64,000 nucleotides of DNA, from the NCBI GenBank assembly GCA_964620355.1, contig CAZUIT010000006.1:53280-117279 (forward strand). Direction: 5' to 3'. The DNA is from an uncultured Burkholderiales bacterium. Its GTDB lineage: Bacteria; Bacteroidota; Bacteroidia; UBA8524. A program made the position numbers and the translations under genes. Below the pieces are notes generated by a model. The model saw nothing but the letters and a program-made list of their open reading frames with translations. It had not been told where the DNA came from and made no database searches. This document shows, piece after piece, positions 37,956-47,089 of this stretch. Numbering within the stretch: the first letter of the stretch is position 1; each line of letters begins with the position of its first letter.

Positions 37956-38821
37956 ATTCTATTCAATCTAAATTTAACCCAAGAGGACATAAATAGCATG
38001 AGCTTTTCAGGATTACTTACTCGAACCCTTTCTTCCATGACATTTTTTGGCTCTAGGCGATTGATTTTTTTCAATAATTGATAGAAGTAAACATAGGCAA
38101 TATAGACCCCAAACTTACTGCTACGAGGAAGCATGCGAATACCTTTCAGGGCGGCTTTAAAATCTGCTTCAATATCCTCTTCAATCTTCACTTTAATCTG
38201 CTTATCAAAATGATCGAAGAAATTCACATTTGGAAAGTAGATACGACCTCGCTCTTTGAAGTCACTTTTAAGGTCTCTCAAGAAATTAATTTTCTGAAAA
38301 GCGGCACCCAAGGCACGTGCCGGTTCCACCAAATTTTGGTATTGCTTTTCATTTCCTTCGCAAAAGACTTTCAAACACATGAGCCCTACTACCTCAGCTG
38401 AGCCGTAGATATACTTTTGAAAGCTCGCATCTTCGTAGTTACGGTAACCCAAATCCATTGCCATACTATCAAGAAACGCATCAATCAACTTGGGCTCAAT
38501 TTGATACTGACGAACCGTTTTTTGGAATGCATGCAAAACTGGGTTAAAGCTGATGCCTTGCTCAATGGCTTTGTAGGTATCTTCTCTGAACATTGTCAGT
38601 AGAGCCTTTTTATCGTAATTATGGAAAGTATCCACAATCTCATCTGCAAAGCGCACAAAGCCGTAGATATTTCGGATGGACGCACGCATTTCAGGAGCCA
38701 ATGCCAAAATTCCCAAACTAAAAGAGGTACTGTAAGCACTGGTAATCATTTTGCTGCACTCTTCACATACGGAAGTATACAGTTTCATGTCGGTTTCATT
38801 ACTTGTTCTCGCTAGTTTCAT
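37952..38821 (-). CDS. crtB: Phytoene synthase
   Basis: YSTSFSLG, IYGFVRFADEIVD, YIYGSAEVVGLMCL, FQKINFLRD. Confidence 0.95.
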   Translation of the reverse strand: MKLARTSNETDMKLYTSVCEECSKMITSAYSTSFSLGILALAPEMRASIRNIYGFVRFADEIVDTFHNYDKKALLTMFREDTYKAIEQGISFNPVLHAFQKTVRQYQIEPKLIDAFLDSMAMDLGYRNYEDASFQKYIYGSAEVVGLMCLKVFCEGNEKQYQNLVEPARALGAAFQKINFLRDLKSDFKERGRIYFPNVNFFDHFDKQIKVKIEEDIEADFKAALKGIRMLPRSSKFGVYIAYVYFYQLLKKINRLEPKNVMEERVRVSNPEKLMLFMSSWVKFRLNRI

Positions 38822-40296
38822 AGGGTCGCTATTGGGAAGTCCTTAACGATTTCTCGGCTCACCACTTCTCCCGAAATCAGGGATGGAGGAACGCCTGGAC
38901 CCGGGGTGGTTAATTGTCCGGTATAGTAAAGGTTCTTCAGTTTCTTATTTTTTAAGGATGGCTTGAGTACAGCCGTTTGTTTCAAGGTATTGGCGAGACC
39001 ATAGGCATTTCCTTTAAAGGAATTGTAGTCGTTGATGAAGTCGAGCATGGCATAGCTGCGTTTTACCACAATATGATCGCGAATATTTTCTCCTGTTCGC
39101 TCTTCCAAGCGATCCATTATTAAGTGATAATATTTTTCCCGAGTCACATCATCATCTTTTAATCCTGGAGCTAAGGGAATTAAGAGAAATAAGTTTTCAC
39201 ACGCCTCTGGTGCCACCTTAGAATCTGTTTTTGACGTACAAGAAGCATAAAATAGCGGGTTGCTTGGCCATTTCGGAGCATCATAAATTTCACGTGCATG
39301 CTGATCAAAATCCGAATCAAAAAAGAGGTTATGGTGCAAGAGTCCTGGGATCCGTTTATTTACCCCCAAATAAAAGAGTAAGGATGAAGGGGCCATGGTC
39401 CGACTTTCCCAATACTCGTCCGAATAATTTCTGTATTTCTTTTCAAGTAGTTGGCTTTCTATATGATGATAGTCAGCACCTCCTATTACAATATCGGCTC
39501 TAAATTTACCCACACTTGTTTGGAGGTAGCGAAGATGTCCATCAATCACCTCTGTCGCTTGAACTTCGGAATTGAAATGAAATGATACTCCTAGCTCAAT
39601 GGCCAAGTCGTACATTCCTTGAACAATTTGATACATCCCACCTTTGGGATACCAAGTACCTAATGCGATATCAGCATAGTTCATTAGGCTGTATAGTGCT
39701 GGAGTATCTTGTGGCTTTGCACCAAGGAACAGTACTGGAAATTCCAAAAGTTGAAGAATGCGCTGATCATGAAATAGCCGACGAAGATGTCCAGACATGG
39801 ATTTAAACAGATCCAGTTTAAATACACTTTTCACCACACGCCACTCAGCAAATTCCAGAATGCTACGTCCTGGCTTATACACCAAGCTTTTCATACCCAC
39901 CTCATATTTATACGCTGCTTCATCTAGAAAGGTCTTCAGATTTTCCTTTGCTCCAGCTTCCTGCGATTCAAGCAAATCACCAAACGCATCTTTGCCTGCC
40001 GGGATATCCCATTCTTGATCAGGAAAAAACACCTTATAGGAGGGATTGAGTCTTTCTAATTCGTAATAATCACTTGTCTTTTTTCCGAAGGATTCAAAAT
40101 AATGGTCAAATACATCAGGCATCCAATACCAGCTCGGTCCCATATCAAACTTAAATCCGTCTTTCTCCCATACCCTACAACGCCCACCCGGACCGTCATG
40201 CTTTTCGAGCACAGAAACTTTATACCCTGCCTTGGCAAGGAAAGACGCTGCACTCAATCCAGCAAAACCAGCTCCTATTACAATCACTTCTTTCAT
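38818..40296 (-). CDS. crtI: Phytoene desaturase
   Basis: VIGAGFAG, FDMGPSWYWMPD, LEFPVLFLGA, GQLTTPGPGVPP. Confidence 0.93.
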   Translation of the reverse strand: MKEVIVIGAGFAGLSAASFLAKAGYKVSVLEKHDGPGGRCRVWEKDGFKFDMGPSWYWMPDVFDHYFESFGKKTSDYYELERLNPSYKVFFPDQEWDIPAGKDAFGDLLESQEAGAKENLKTFLDEAAYKYEVGMKSLVYKPGRSILEFAEWRVVKSVFKLDLFKSMSGHLRRLFHDQRILQLLEFPVLFLGAKPQDTPALYSLMNYADIALGTWYPKGGMYQIVQGMYDLAIELGVSFHFNSEVQATEVIDGHLRYLQTSVGKFRADIVIGGADYHHIESQLLEKKYRNYSDEYWESRTMAPSSLLFYLGVNKRIPGLLHHNLFFDSDFDQHAREIYDAPKWPSNPLFYASCTSKTDSKVAPEACENLFLLIPLAPGLKDDDVTREKYYHLIMDRLEERTGENIRDHIVVKRSYAMLDFINDYNSFKGNAYGLANTLKQTAVLKPSLKNKKLKNLYYTGQLTTPGPGVPPSLISGEVVSREIVKDFPIATL

Positions 40297-40824
40297 TTAG
40301 TTGGTATCATAGCCGTAATGGGATGCATAAGAATTTAAACGCTTTCTCAACTGCCTCCGTGCTACAAAAATTCGCGTTTTGACCGTCCCGATTGGAATAC
40401 CGAGAATATCGGCAATTTCGTGGTATTTAAATCCCTTTAAATTCATTGAAAAGGTCTTTTGCAAGTCTGAAGGCAACTTTTCCATGGCTCGGGCCACATC
40501 TTTCAGAATAAAATTATTTTCTCCCTGATTATCGGCAGCAGATGTTGCGCTATCGAGATAAAACGAATTATCCGTCGTATCAATGAAGGTATTGCGCTTC
40601 ATCATCCTGCGGTAATTATTAATGAAACTATTTTTCATTATGGTATACAACCAACCTTTTAGATTCGTCCCCTCAGAAAACTTGCTTCTATATTTAAAGG
40701 CCTTGAGCATAGTTTCTTGAACCAAATCATCGGCGTCATCCGTATTCCGGGTGAGCTGCAATGCATAATGCTTGAGAGGAAAAGACTCTCTTTCAACGAT
40801 ACGACTAAATTCTAACTGAGTCAT
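40297..40824 (-). CDS. ECF RNA polymerase sigma factor heading the crt operon
   Basis: [55 protein letters not shown]. Confidence 0.92.
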   Translation of the reverse strand: MTQLEFSRIVERESFPLKHYALQLTRNTDDADDLVQETMLKAFKYRSKFSEGTNLKGWLYTIMKNSFINNYRRMMKRNTFIDTTDNSFYLDSATSAADNQGENNFILKDVARAMEKLPSDLQKTFSMNLKGFKYHEIADILGIPIGTVKTRIFVARRQLRKRLNSYASHYGYDTN

Positions 40825-40888
40825 TGTTTAACCTTTTTAATATTTTCTTCCACAAAGAAAACGTCATTTCGGGATATATCCAAGAGTT

Positions 40889-40920
40889 TTGTTTAATCTT
40901 TTAAGTATTTCATTAAACAA
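40889..40920. promoter_or_regulatory. 9-bp inverted repeat upstream of the crt operon, candidate operator
   Basis: TTGTTTAAT-N14-ATTAAACAA. Confidence 0.5.
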
Positions 40921-41119
40921 TTTAAAATTCCCAATTCAAGATGGTGCTAAAATGCTTACCGCTACAAACCCTCTCACTTAGATCGCGGGTCCATTCAATA
41001 ACGCCGACTGAACCACGAGCTTTCAATGCATGGAGCAGTAAATGTTCGATTGGAAACAACAGGCGGGTAACTCTATAGTTGAAATAAGACATACGGAATA
41101 AACTTTGCTATGGATTTGA

Positions 41120-41127
41120 TAACTTTG
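41120..41127 (+). promoter_or_regulatory. -7 box for queD-folE
   Basis: TAACTTTG, about 120 nt upstream of the ATG. Confidence 0.6.
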
Positions 41128-41250
41128 CAGAATTAAGGTGTTCGCCAATTCAGTGGAGTCGGCAAGGAAGTGTATCCGATGAATACGCCTTGTTGAATTA
41201 TTTAATTGAACGCTTAAACAAAAACCCAAGAGCGCTGTTTAGCTAAATAC

Positions 41251-41667
41251 ATGAGAATTAGTGTCGGGAGAAAAGCCCACTTCAATGCCGCCCATCGCTT
41301 GCATAACCCAAACTGGACGGAGCAAGAGAACAAAGATTTTTACGGTCTGTGCAATTCCCCGAATTACCATGGGCATAACTATGATCTTCATATAAAAGTT
41401 AAAGGGGAGGTAGATGAAGAGTCTGGCTACCTTATTGACCTAAAAATACTCAAAGGAATAATCCACGACGAAGTGGAAGATGCCTTCGACCATAAAAATT
41501 TGAATCTAGACGTTCCAGAATTCCTTAACTTGATTCCTACTGCGGAAAATATTGCTGCTGTTATCTGGAAGAAAATTAACCGAAGACTGCCAGCGGAAAG
41601 AAAATTTGAATTGACCGTATTGCTTTATGAAACTGAACGAAACTACGTTGAATATACCGGTGAATAA
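41251..41667 (+). CDS. queD: 6-carboxytetrahydropterin / 6-pyruvoyl-tetrahydropterin synthase
   Basis: FNAAHRL, CNSPNYHGHNY, FDHKNLN, TAENIA, LYETERN. Confidence 0.88.
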   Translation: MRISVGRKAHFNAAHRLHNPNWTEQENKDFYGLCNSPNYHGHNYDLHIKVKGEVDEESGYLIDLKILKGIIHDEVEDAFDHKNLNLDVPEFLNLIPTAENIAAVIWKKINRRLPAERKFELTVLLYETERNYVEYTGE

Positions 41668-42313
41668 TATCGATGCCATTGGCGATGATCACGTGTCATT
41701 TTCGAGTGAAACTCCTTTGAGAGAAGATGCATTTGAAATGGACGACCAGCTTAAGATTGAACTAATTGCTAAACATTTCAGAGAAATCATGCACGTTTTA
41801 GGTCTCGACCTGAACGACGATAGCTTAAAAGGAACACCAAACCGGGTGGCTAAAATGTATGTGGAAGAAATCTTTTCTGGATTAAACCCGTCAAATAAGC
41901 CAGCAGTTACCTTGTTTGAAAACAAATACCAATACAAACAAATGCTGGTTGAAAAGGACATTCAATTCTACAGCAACTGCGAACACCATTTTGTTCCAAT
42001 TATCGGTAAAGTACATGTAGCCTACATCTCGAGTGGTAAGGTGGTTGGCTTATCCAAAATTAACCGTATTGTACAATTCTTCGCCAAGCGACCACAAGTT
42101 CAGGAACGCATGACAGTTCAAATTGCCAATGAGCTGAAAGAAGCTTTGCAAACCGAAGATGTGGCCGTGGTAATTGACGCATCTCACATGTGTGTAGCCT
42201 CAAGAGGAGTGAAGGATACAAGCTCCTCCACTACAACTGCCGAATACTGTGGCGCCTTTTTGAACGAAGCTACGCGCCAAGAATTCTTTAAATATTTAAG
42301 TCTCAAGCAATAA
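41627..42313 (+). CDS. folE: GTP cyclohydrolase I (FolE)
   Basis: TPNRVAKMY, FYSNCEHHFVP, GLSKINRIV, RPQVQER, HMCVASRGV. Confidence 0.96.
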   Translation: MKLNETTLNIPVNNIDAIGDDHVSFSSETPLREDAFEMDDQLKIELIAKHFREIMHVLGLDLNDDSLKGTPNRVAKMYVEEIFSGLNPSNKPAVTLFENKYQYKQMLVEKDIQFYSNCEHHFVPIIGKVHVAYISSGKVVGLSKINRIVQFFAKRPQVQERMTVQIANELKEALQTEDVAVVIDASHMCVASRGVKDTSSSTTTAEYCGAFLNEATRQEFFKYLSLKQ

Positions 42314-42338
42314 AATACTGATTGTTCTTGGTCTCGTG

Positions 42339-42346
42339 TATATTTG
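42339..42346 (+). promoter_or_regulatory. -7 box for the histidine kinase
   Basis: TATATTTG, 6 nt before ATG 42353. Confidence 0.6.
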
Positions 42347-42352
42347 CCCTAC

Positions 42353-44521
42353 ATGGATCGGGGGAACTATGAGACTAATTCCGTCTTTGATAACGAAAAG
42401 TTAGAGCGACTGCCTCTACCTTGTTTTGTTACGAACTCAAACTGGCAAATCATTGCCTATAACACCTTGTTTGCGGACTTGGTCGCGGGATCAAGTGAAG
42501 GTGAGGATAAGGAGACTGCTATTCAGGCACTTGTAAGCGAATGTGAAGCATCGGACCAAAATCGCATTTCGATTAATGGCCAATTTTATCATCAAAAGAC
42601 CCGAACCGAATCGGGTGAAAATACCGTTTTACTCTATCCAAGTTCCAGCAAAACGGAATACCGTCAACTGGAAGAGGAGAAACAATCCTATAACACCCAG
42701 AAGGAAGGAATTTTAGCAGCTGTTCCAGACCTCATTTATATTATAAGTAAGGACGGAACATATTTAGACTGCCGAGCTCAAAACGAAAAAGACCTACCCA
42801 TTCCTCTCGATATGATTGTTGGCTCCTCTTTTTGGGACATGCCAGAATCCATCGAATTAAAAGAAATGATATGGCGTAAGATTCAGATTGCGTTGCAAAC
42901 AGGAGAAACTCAAACAGTCGAATACCAAAGAAATAATCGACTTGGCCATCTTCAGTACTATGAATCGAGAATTAGTCGATCAGACGAACGCACGGCAGTC
43001 TATTTTGTTCGAAACATCACCGAGCGTGTAGATGCTCAAAAGCAACTTGCTTTCAGTGAGCAAAAATGGAAGAGCATCGTTGAAAACGGTTACGATGGCA
43101 TTGTTTTAATCAACAGGGATGGCCGCATAAAATACGCTTCTACGAATACCCAAGAGTTTTTAGGGGAAAATCCTACCACCCTATCTGCACAAGGGGCAAT
43201 CACCTTGTTTCCTGGCTACCGAACGCGTTTAATCCGACTCTTCTATGCCATTATTGAAGGCCGAACCCTCAAGCACAGCATGACACTTCAGCTTACAGAC
43301 CAACTTGGTATGATACGCTACCTTGAATCCTCTTGGATTTCTAGGCTCGACGACGCGTCAATTAATTCCATCATTATTAATTTTCGTGAGATTACCCGTC
43401 AAGTTGATTCGGAGATGAAACTGCTCAATCATCAAAAAACCATTGAAACTATTCTTAAAACCACCTCTGCTGGCATACTTATTCTAGATCAATTAAACAT
43501 TACTTATACGAATAACCAATTTGCTGAATTACTTGGCTATGCACAAGCCGAACTCCTTAATACCTCTATCGAGGAGCTGACTGTTGCGGATGATAAATTA
43601 GGAGTGATTCAACGAGCGGAGATGCGTGCTCGAGGAGATAATTCTCAGCTTCACTATAAAGTTAGAGGATTGCATAAAGACGGAAGTACCCGCTGGCTTG
43701 ACGTACATTCCGCAACGATTGAATACCAAAATAAGCAAGCAACTATCGCCACCGTTTTTGACATTACGGAACAACAAGGCATCGAACAAAAACTCATTCA
43801 AGCCAAAGATAGTGCTGAAGAGTTGGCTCGCCTCAAATCAAGCTTTTTGGCTAATATGAGTCATGAAATACGCACCCCACTAAATGGTGTATTAGGCCTG
43901 GCAGAACTTATATCCATGAGCGATGACCTCAGTGAGATTCAAGAGTTTGTTACCCTTCAAAAAGAATCAGGCGTGCGGCTTTTAAACACGCTCACCTCTA
44001 TTTTAGACTTGTCGCGCCTAGAGGCAGAAAACAATGAATTAAAACTTACGCCCGTTAACCTGAATGATATTCTTTTAGCCACTTGGAAACAATTCCGTAT
44101 TCAATTTGAGAAAAAAGGATTGATACTGGAATTAAATCTAACAGATGAAGCAATTATTTGCCATGGAGACGAAGCGATGCTCAATCAGATTATGAATAAC
44201 CTGGTTGGTAATGCATTAAAATTCACTAATACCGGAGCTTGTACGATTCGCTTATCTTTGGTTCAAATTCAGAAAAATTCACATATCCAAATCGAGGTCG
44301 AAGATACAGGTATAGGAATGTCCTCTGAATTTGTCCCCCACGTTTTTGACACATTTAGGCAAGAAAAGCACGGGAACAGTAGAAAATATGAAGGGAGCGG
44401 GCTTGGCTTGGCAATTACGCAAAAATACATCAACTTGCTCAATGGCAGCATCCGGTTGAAAAGCAAAAAAAATGAGGGCAGCTGCTTTAGCATCTTATTG
44501 CCCTATAAGAATAAAAATTGA
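42353..44521 (+). CDS. Cytoplasmic multi-PAS sensor histidine kinase
   Basis: Several PAS domains, H-box FLANMSHEIRTPLNG, N-box NLVGNALKFT, G boxes DTGIGM and GSGLGL; no obvious TM segment. ORF track TTG 42344 lies in the promoter box. Confidence 0.92.
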   Translation: MDRGNYETNSVFDNEKLERLPLPCFVTNSNWQIIAYNTLFADLVAGSSEGEDKETAIQALVSECEASDQNRISINGQFYHQKTRTESGENTVLLYPSSSKTEYRQLEEEKQSYNTQKEGILAAVPDLIYIISKDGTYLDCRAQNEKDLPIPLDMIVGSSFWDMPESIELKEMIWRKIQIALQTGETQTVEYQRNNRLGHLQYYESRISRSDERTAVYFVRNITERVDAQKQLAFSEQKWKSIVENGYDGIVLINRDGRIKYASTNTQEFLGENPTTLSAQGAITLFPGYRTRLIRLFYAIIEGRTLKHSMTLQLTDQLGMIRYLESSWISRLDDASINSIIINFREITRQVDSEMKLLNHQKTIETILKTTSAGILILDQLNITYTNNQFAELLGYAQAELLNTSIEELTVADDKLGVIQRAEMRARGDNSQLHYKVRGLHKDGSTRWLDVHSATIEYQNKQATIATVFDITEQQGIEQKLIQAKDSAEELARLKSSFLANMSHEIRTPLNGVLGLAELISMSDDLSEIQEFVTLQKESGVRLLNTLTSILDLSRLEAENNELKLTPVNLNDILLATWKQFRIQFEKKGLILELNLTDEAIICHGDEAMLNQIMNNLVGNALKFTNTGACTIRLSLVQIQKNSHIQIEVEDTGIGMSSEFVPHVFDTFRQEKHGNSRKYEGSGLGLAITQKYINLLNGSIRLKSKKNEGSCFSILLPYKNKN

Positions 44522-44533
44522 TAGCAAAGAATT

Positions 44534-44929
44534 GTGACAATGAAGCGGATACTATACGTAGAGGACGATAAAATAAATGCCCTGGTTGTTTCCAAATTTC
44601 TTGAGGCATATTACGCAGTTGATGTGGCTATATCGCAAGATGACGCCCTCAAAATTGTCGCTCAAAATGAGTTTGATCTCTATATTTTAGATATTTCTTT
44701 AGGGCATGAAGATGAGGACGGCGTTGTGTTAATGAACCGACTCAAAGCCCTTCCGAACGGACTAGAAAAAAAATATATCGTTCTTACAGCCCATGCATTA
44801 CGCGAAGACGAGGCAAAATATCTCGAACTTGGATTTGATGCCTATCTCGCCAAGCCGATTGAGAGAAAAAAACTCCTCGAAACGATACAAAAATTTATAG
44901 CGTTTGAAGCTCCGCACGAAGCTTCTTAG
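44534..44929 (+). CDS. Single-domain response regulator (CheY-like receiver)
   Basis: ILYVEDD, DLYILDISL (phospho-Asp), VLTAHA, YLAKP; no output domain. Confidence 0.9.
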   Translation: MTMKRILYVEDDKINALVVSKFLEAYYAVDVAISQDDALKIVAQNEFDLYILDISLGHEDEDGVVLMNRLKALPNGLEKKYIVLTAHALREDEAKYLELGFDAYLAKPIERKKLLETIQKFIAFEAPHEAS

Positions 44930-45248
44930 GCAAGCTAGCGACAATCAAGTCATAGGAGTCTTTGATCCAGCTTTCCAACAAACGGTCATCTGCTTCTCCT
45001 TCTATCATCACGGTATTCCAATGCACTTTACTCATGTGATAGCCAGGTAAAACTTGCTCATAGCGCTCCCTCAACTCAATCGCTATTTCGGGGTCACACT
45101 TCACATTAAAGCTTCTGAATTCTTCGACATTACAAAGCGCGAACATCTTTCCAAGCACCTTGAATACAAGGGTGTTTTCATCAAACGGAAAATGTTCCGT
45201 AACTCCAGGAAAAGCAATGCAAAAACTGCGAAATGATTCAATATCCAT
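44895..45248 (-). CDS. MmcQ/YjbR family protein
   Basis: FPFDENTLVFKVLGKMFAL, VKCDPE, PGYHMSKVHWNT. Confidence 0.92.
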   Translation of the reverse strand: MDIESFRSFCIAFPGVTEHFPFDENTLVFKVLGKMFALCNVEEFRSFNVKCDPEIAIELRERYEQVLPGYHMSKVHWNTVMIEGEADDRLLESWIKDSYDLIVASLPKKLRAELQTL

Positions 45249-45333
45249 AAGCGTTCATCAAATATAGTGTGAAAATTAAAAGAGAAGCCTAAAGCAGCAG
45301 GAGAATTTATTAGTTTTGCCCTACCGATATATC

Positions 45334-46602
45334 ATGATTCAAATAGCCTTTATCCGCGACAACAAAGAAGAAGTTATTGAACGTTTAGCCAAACGTGGAC
45401 TAGATGTCAATGATGCCGTAAACGAGATTTTGCAGGCCGATGAAAATCGCCGTAGAACACAAGGTCAACTAGATGATCTCCTCGCAGAAAGTAATCAATG
45501 GTCGCGTCAGGTGGGTGAATTCTTCAAACAAGGTAAAAAGGAAGAAGCTGAAACATTGCGTGCAAAAAGTGCCGCGGCGAAGGATGATATAAAACGGCTG
45601 GAAGAAGCCTTAGGTAAGGCTGAAAAAGTTTTGGAAGACTTGCTTCTACAACTTCCAAATATGCCACACGCATCGGTACCAGTTGGAAAAACTCCGGAAG
45701 ACAATAAGGTTGTTTTAGAGTGGGGCACTAAACCAAGCCTGCACGCTAAGGCTGTTCCGCATTGGGACCTTGCCGAACGCTTCAAACTCATCGACTTTGA
45801 ATTGGGCGTAAAAATAAGTGGTGCTGGGTTTCCGGTCTATATGGGCAAAGGCGCTCGATTACAAAGAGCCCTAATCAACTTCTTTTTAGATGAAGCCATT
45901 AAAGCGGGATATAACGAAGTGCAACCTCCAATCGTGGTGAATGAAGCTTCCGGTTATGGCACCGGACAACTCCCCGATAAAGAAGGTCAAATGTACTATA
46001 TGAATGAAGACGAACTCTACCTTATCCCCACCGCTGAAGTACCTATTACCAATATCTACCGCGATACCATTGTAAAGGAAAACGACCTACCGCTTCGCAA
46101 TGTTGGATATACCCCATGCTTTAGAAGAGAAGCAGGAAGCTATGGAAAAGATGTTCGAGGCTTAAACAGACTTCATCAGTTCGATAAAGTTGAAATCGTT
46201 CATGTGGCGCATCCAGAAACTTCTTACCAAGAACTGGAGCAGATGAGCCTCTATGTTCAAGGCCTGCTTCAGAAGCTCGAACTCCCTTACCGCGTTCTGC
46301 ACCTCTGCGGTGGCGACATGGGCTTTGCCTCAGCCATGACCTATGATATGGAAGTGTGGAGTGCTGCCCAAGAACGTTGGTTAGAAGTGAGCTCCGTGTC
46401 AAATTTCGAAAGCTTCCAAAGCAACCGTTTGAAATGCCGTATGAAGAAAAATGAGGGCAAAAATGAATTGGTACATACCTTAAACGGAAGTGCCTTGGCC
46501 TTGCCTCGTATTGTTGCTTCTTTATTGGAAAACCACCAAGATGAAACGGGCATTCGCATACCCAAAGCTCTTCAAGCATATACCGGTTTTGAAAGGATTT
46601 AA
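45334..46602 (+). CDS. serS: Serine--tRNA ligase
   Basis: LIPTAEVP, PCFRREAGSYG, RLHQFDKVE, VHTLNGSALA. ATG 45334 follows TAGTTTTG (45311-18); ORF track TTG 45316 is inside that box. Confidence 0.97.
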   Translation: MIQIAFIRDNKEEVIERLAKRGLDVNDAVNEILQADENRRRTQGQLDDLLAESNQWSRQVGEFFKQGKKEEAETLRAKSAAAKDDIKRLEEALGKAEKVLEDLLLQLPNMPHASVPVGKTPEDNKVVLEWGTKPSLHAKAVPHWDLAERFKLIDFELGVKISGAGFPVYMGKGARLQRALINFFLDEAIKAGYNEVQPPIVVNEASGYGTGQLPDKEGQMYYMNEDELYLIPTAEVPITNIYRDTIVKENDLPLRNVGYTPCFRREAGSYGKDVRGLNRLHQFDKVEIVHVAHPETSYQELEQMSLYVQGLLQKLELPYRVLHLCGGDMGFASAMTYDMEVWSAAQERWLEVSSVSNFESFQSNRLKCRMKKNEGKNELVHTLNGSALALPRIVASLLENHQDETGIRIPKALQAYTGFERI

Positions 46603-47089
46603 ACTCCTTCTGCTTTGCCTATGCCTATTTCCTTGGAGCGATTTTCTTGACGGACAAACCATTCCTCCCTGTGAAGACGAAACCCGCATTGACGCGTATT
46701 ATCCTTGCGGCACCATCTTCGAACCGGTTTGCGCCTGCAATGGCAAAACCTACCGCAACCAATGTGCAGCAAATTACCATGGAGGCATCAATCAAGCAAG
46801 TCAACTGAACAGTGGCCCCTGCCAAGAGTTTTTTTTCTTCCTGTACCCTACAATGGCCATTAATGGAAACTTGGTTGTACAGTATCAATTTCAAAATCGC
46901 GGAAACGCCACGCTCTATATCATCGATAATTTTGGCCATATTGCTGGTCGACGGGCTATTCAAGCTGGAAACAATTTCCCCACTATACTCAACTTTGACG
47001 TGACGACATTCGACGCTGGATTGTATTATATGCTCATTCAAAGTGGCAATCACCATCAAATTGAGAAATTTGTTGTAGCGCACCTGTAG
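46541..47089 (+). CDS. Secreted Kazal-type domain protein with T9SS type A C-terminal domain
   Basis: PCGTIFEPVCACNGKTYRNQC...GPC Kazal pattern; CTD FLYP...IIDNFG...GLYYMLIQ...KFVV. ATG 46541 gives a signal-peptide-like N-terminus. Confidence 0.75.
   Translation: MKRAFAYPKLFKHIPVLKGFKLLLLCLCLFPWSDFLDGQTIPPCEDETRIDAYYPCGTIFEPVCACNGKTYRNQCAANYHGGINQASQLNSGPCQEFFFFLYPTMAINGNLVVQYQFQNRGNATLYIIDNFGHIAGRRAIQAGNNFPTILNFDVTTFDAGLYYMLIQSGNHHQIEKFVVAHL

Noticed and set aside
41023-41229. 68-aa minus-strand ORF
   Set aside because: Runs antisense through the queD-folE promoter and leader; no recognisable features.
42353-44521. PAS kinase as a LOV light sensor for the nearby crt operon
   Set aside because: No GxNCRFLQ motif in any PAS domain.
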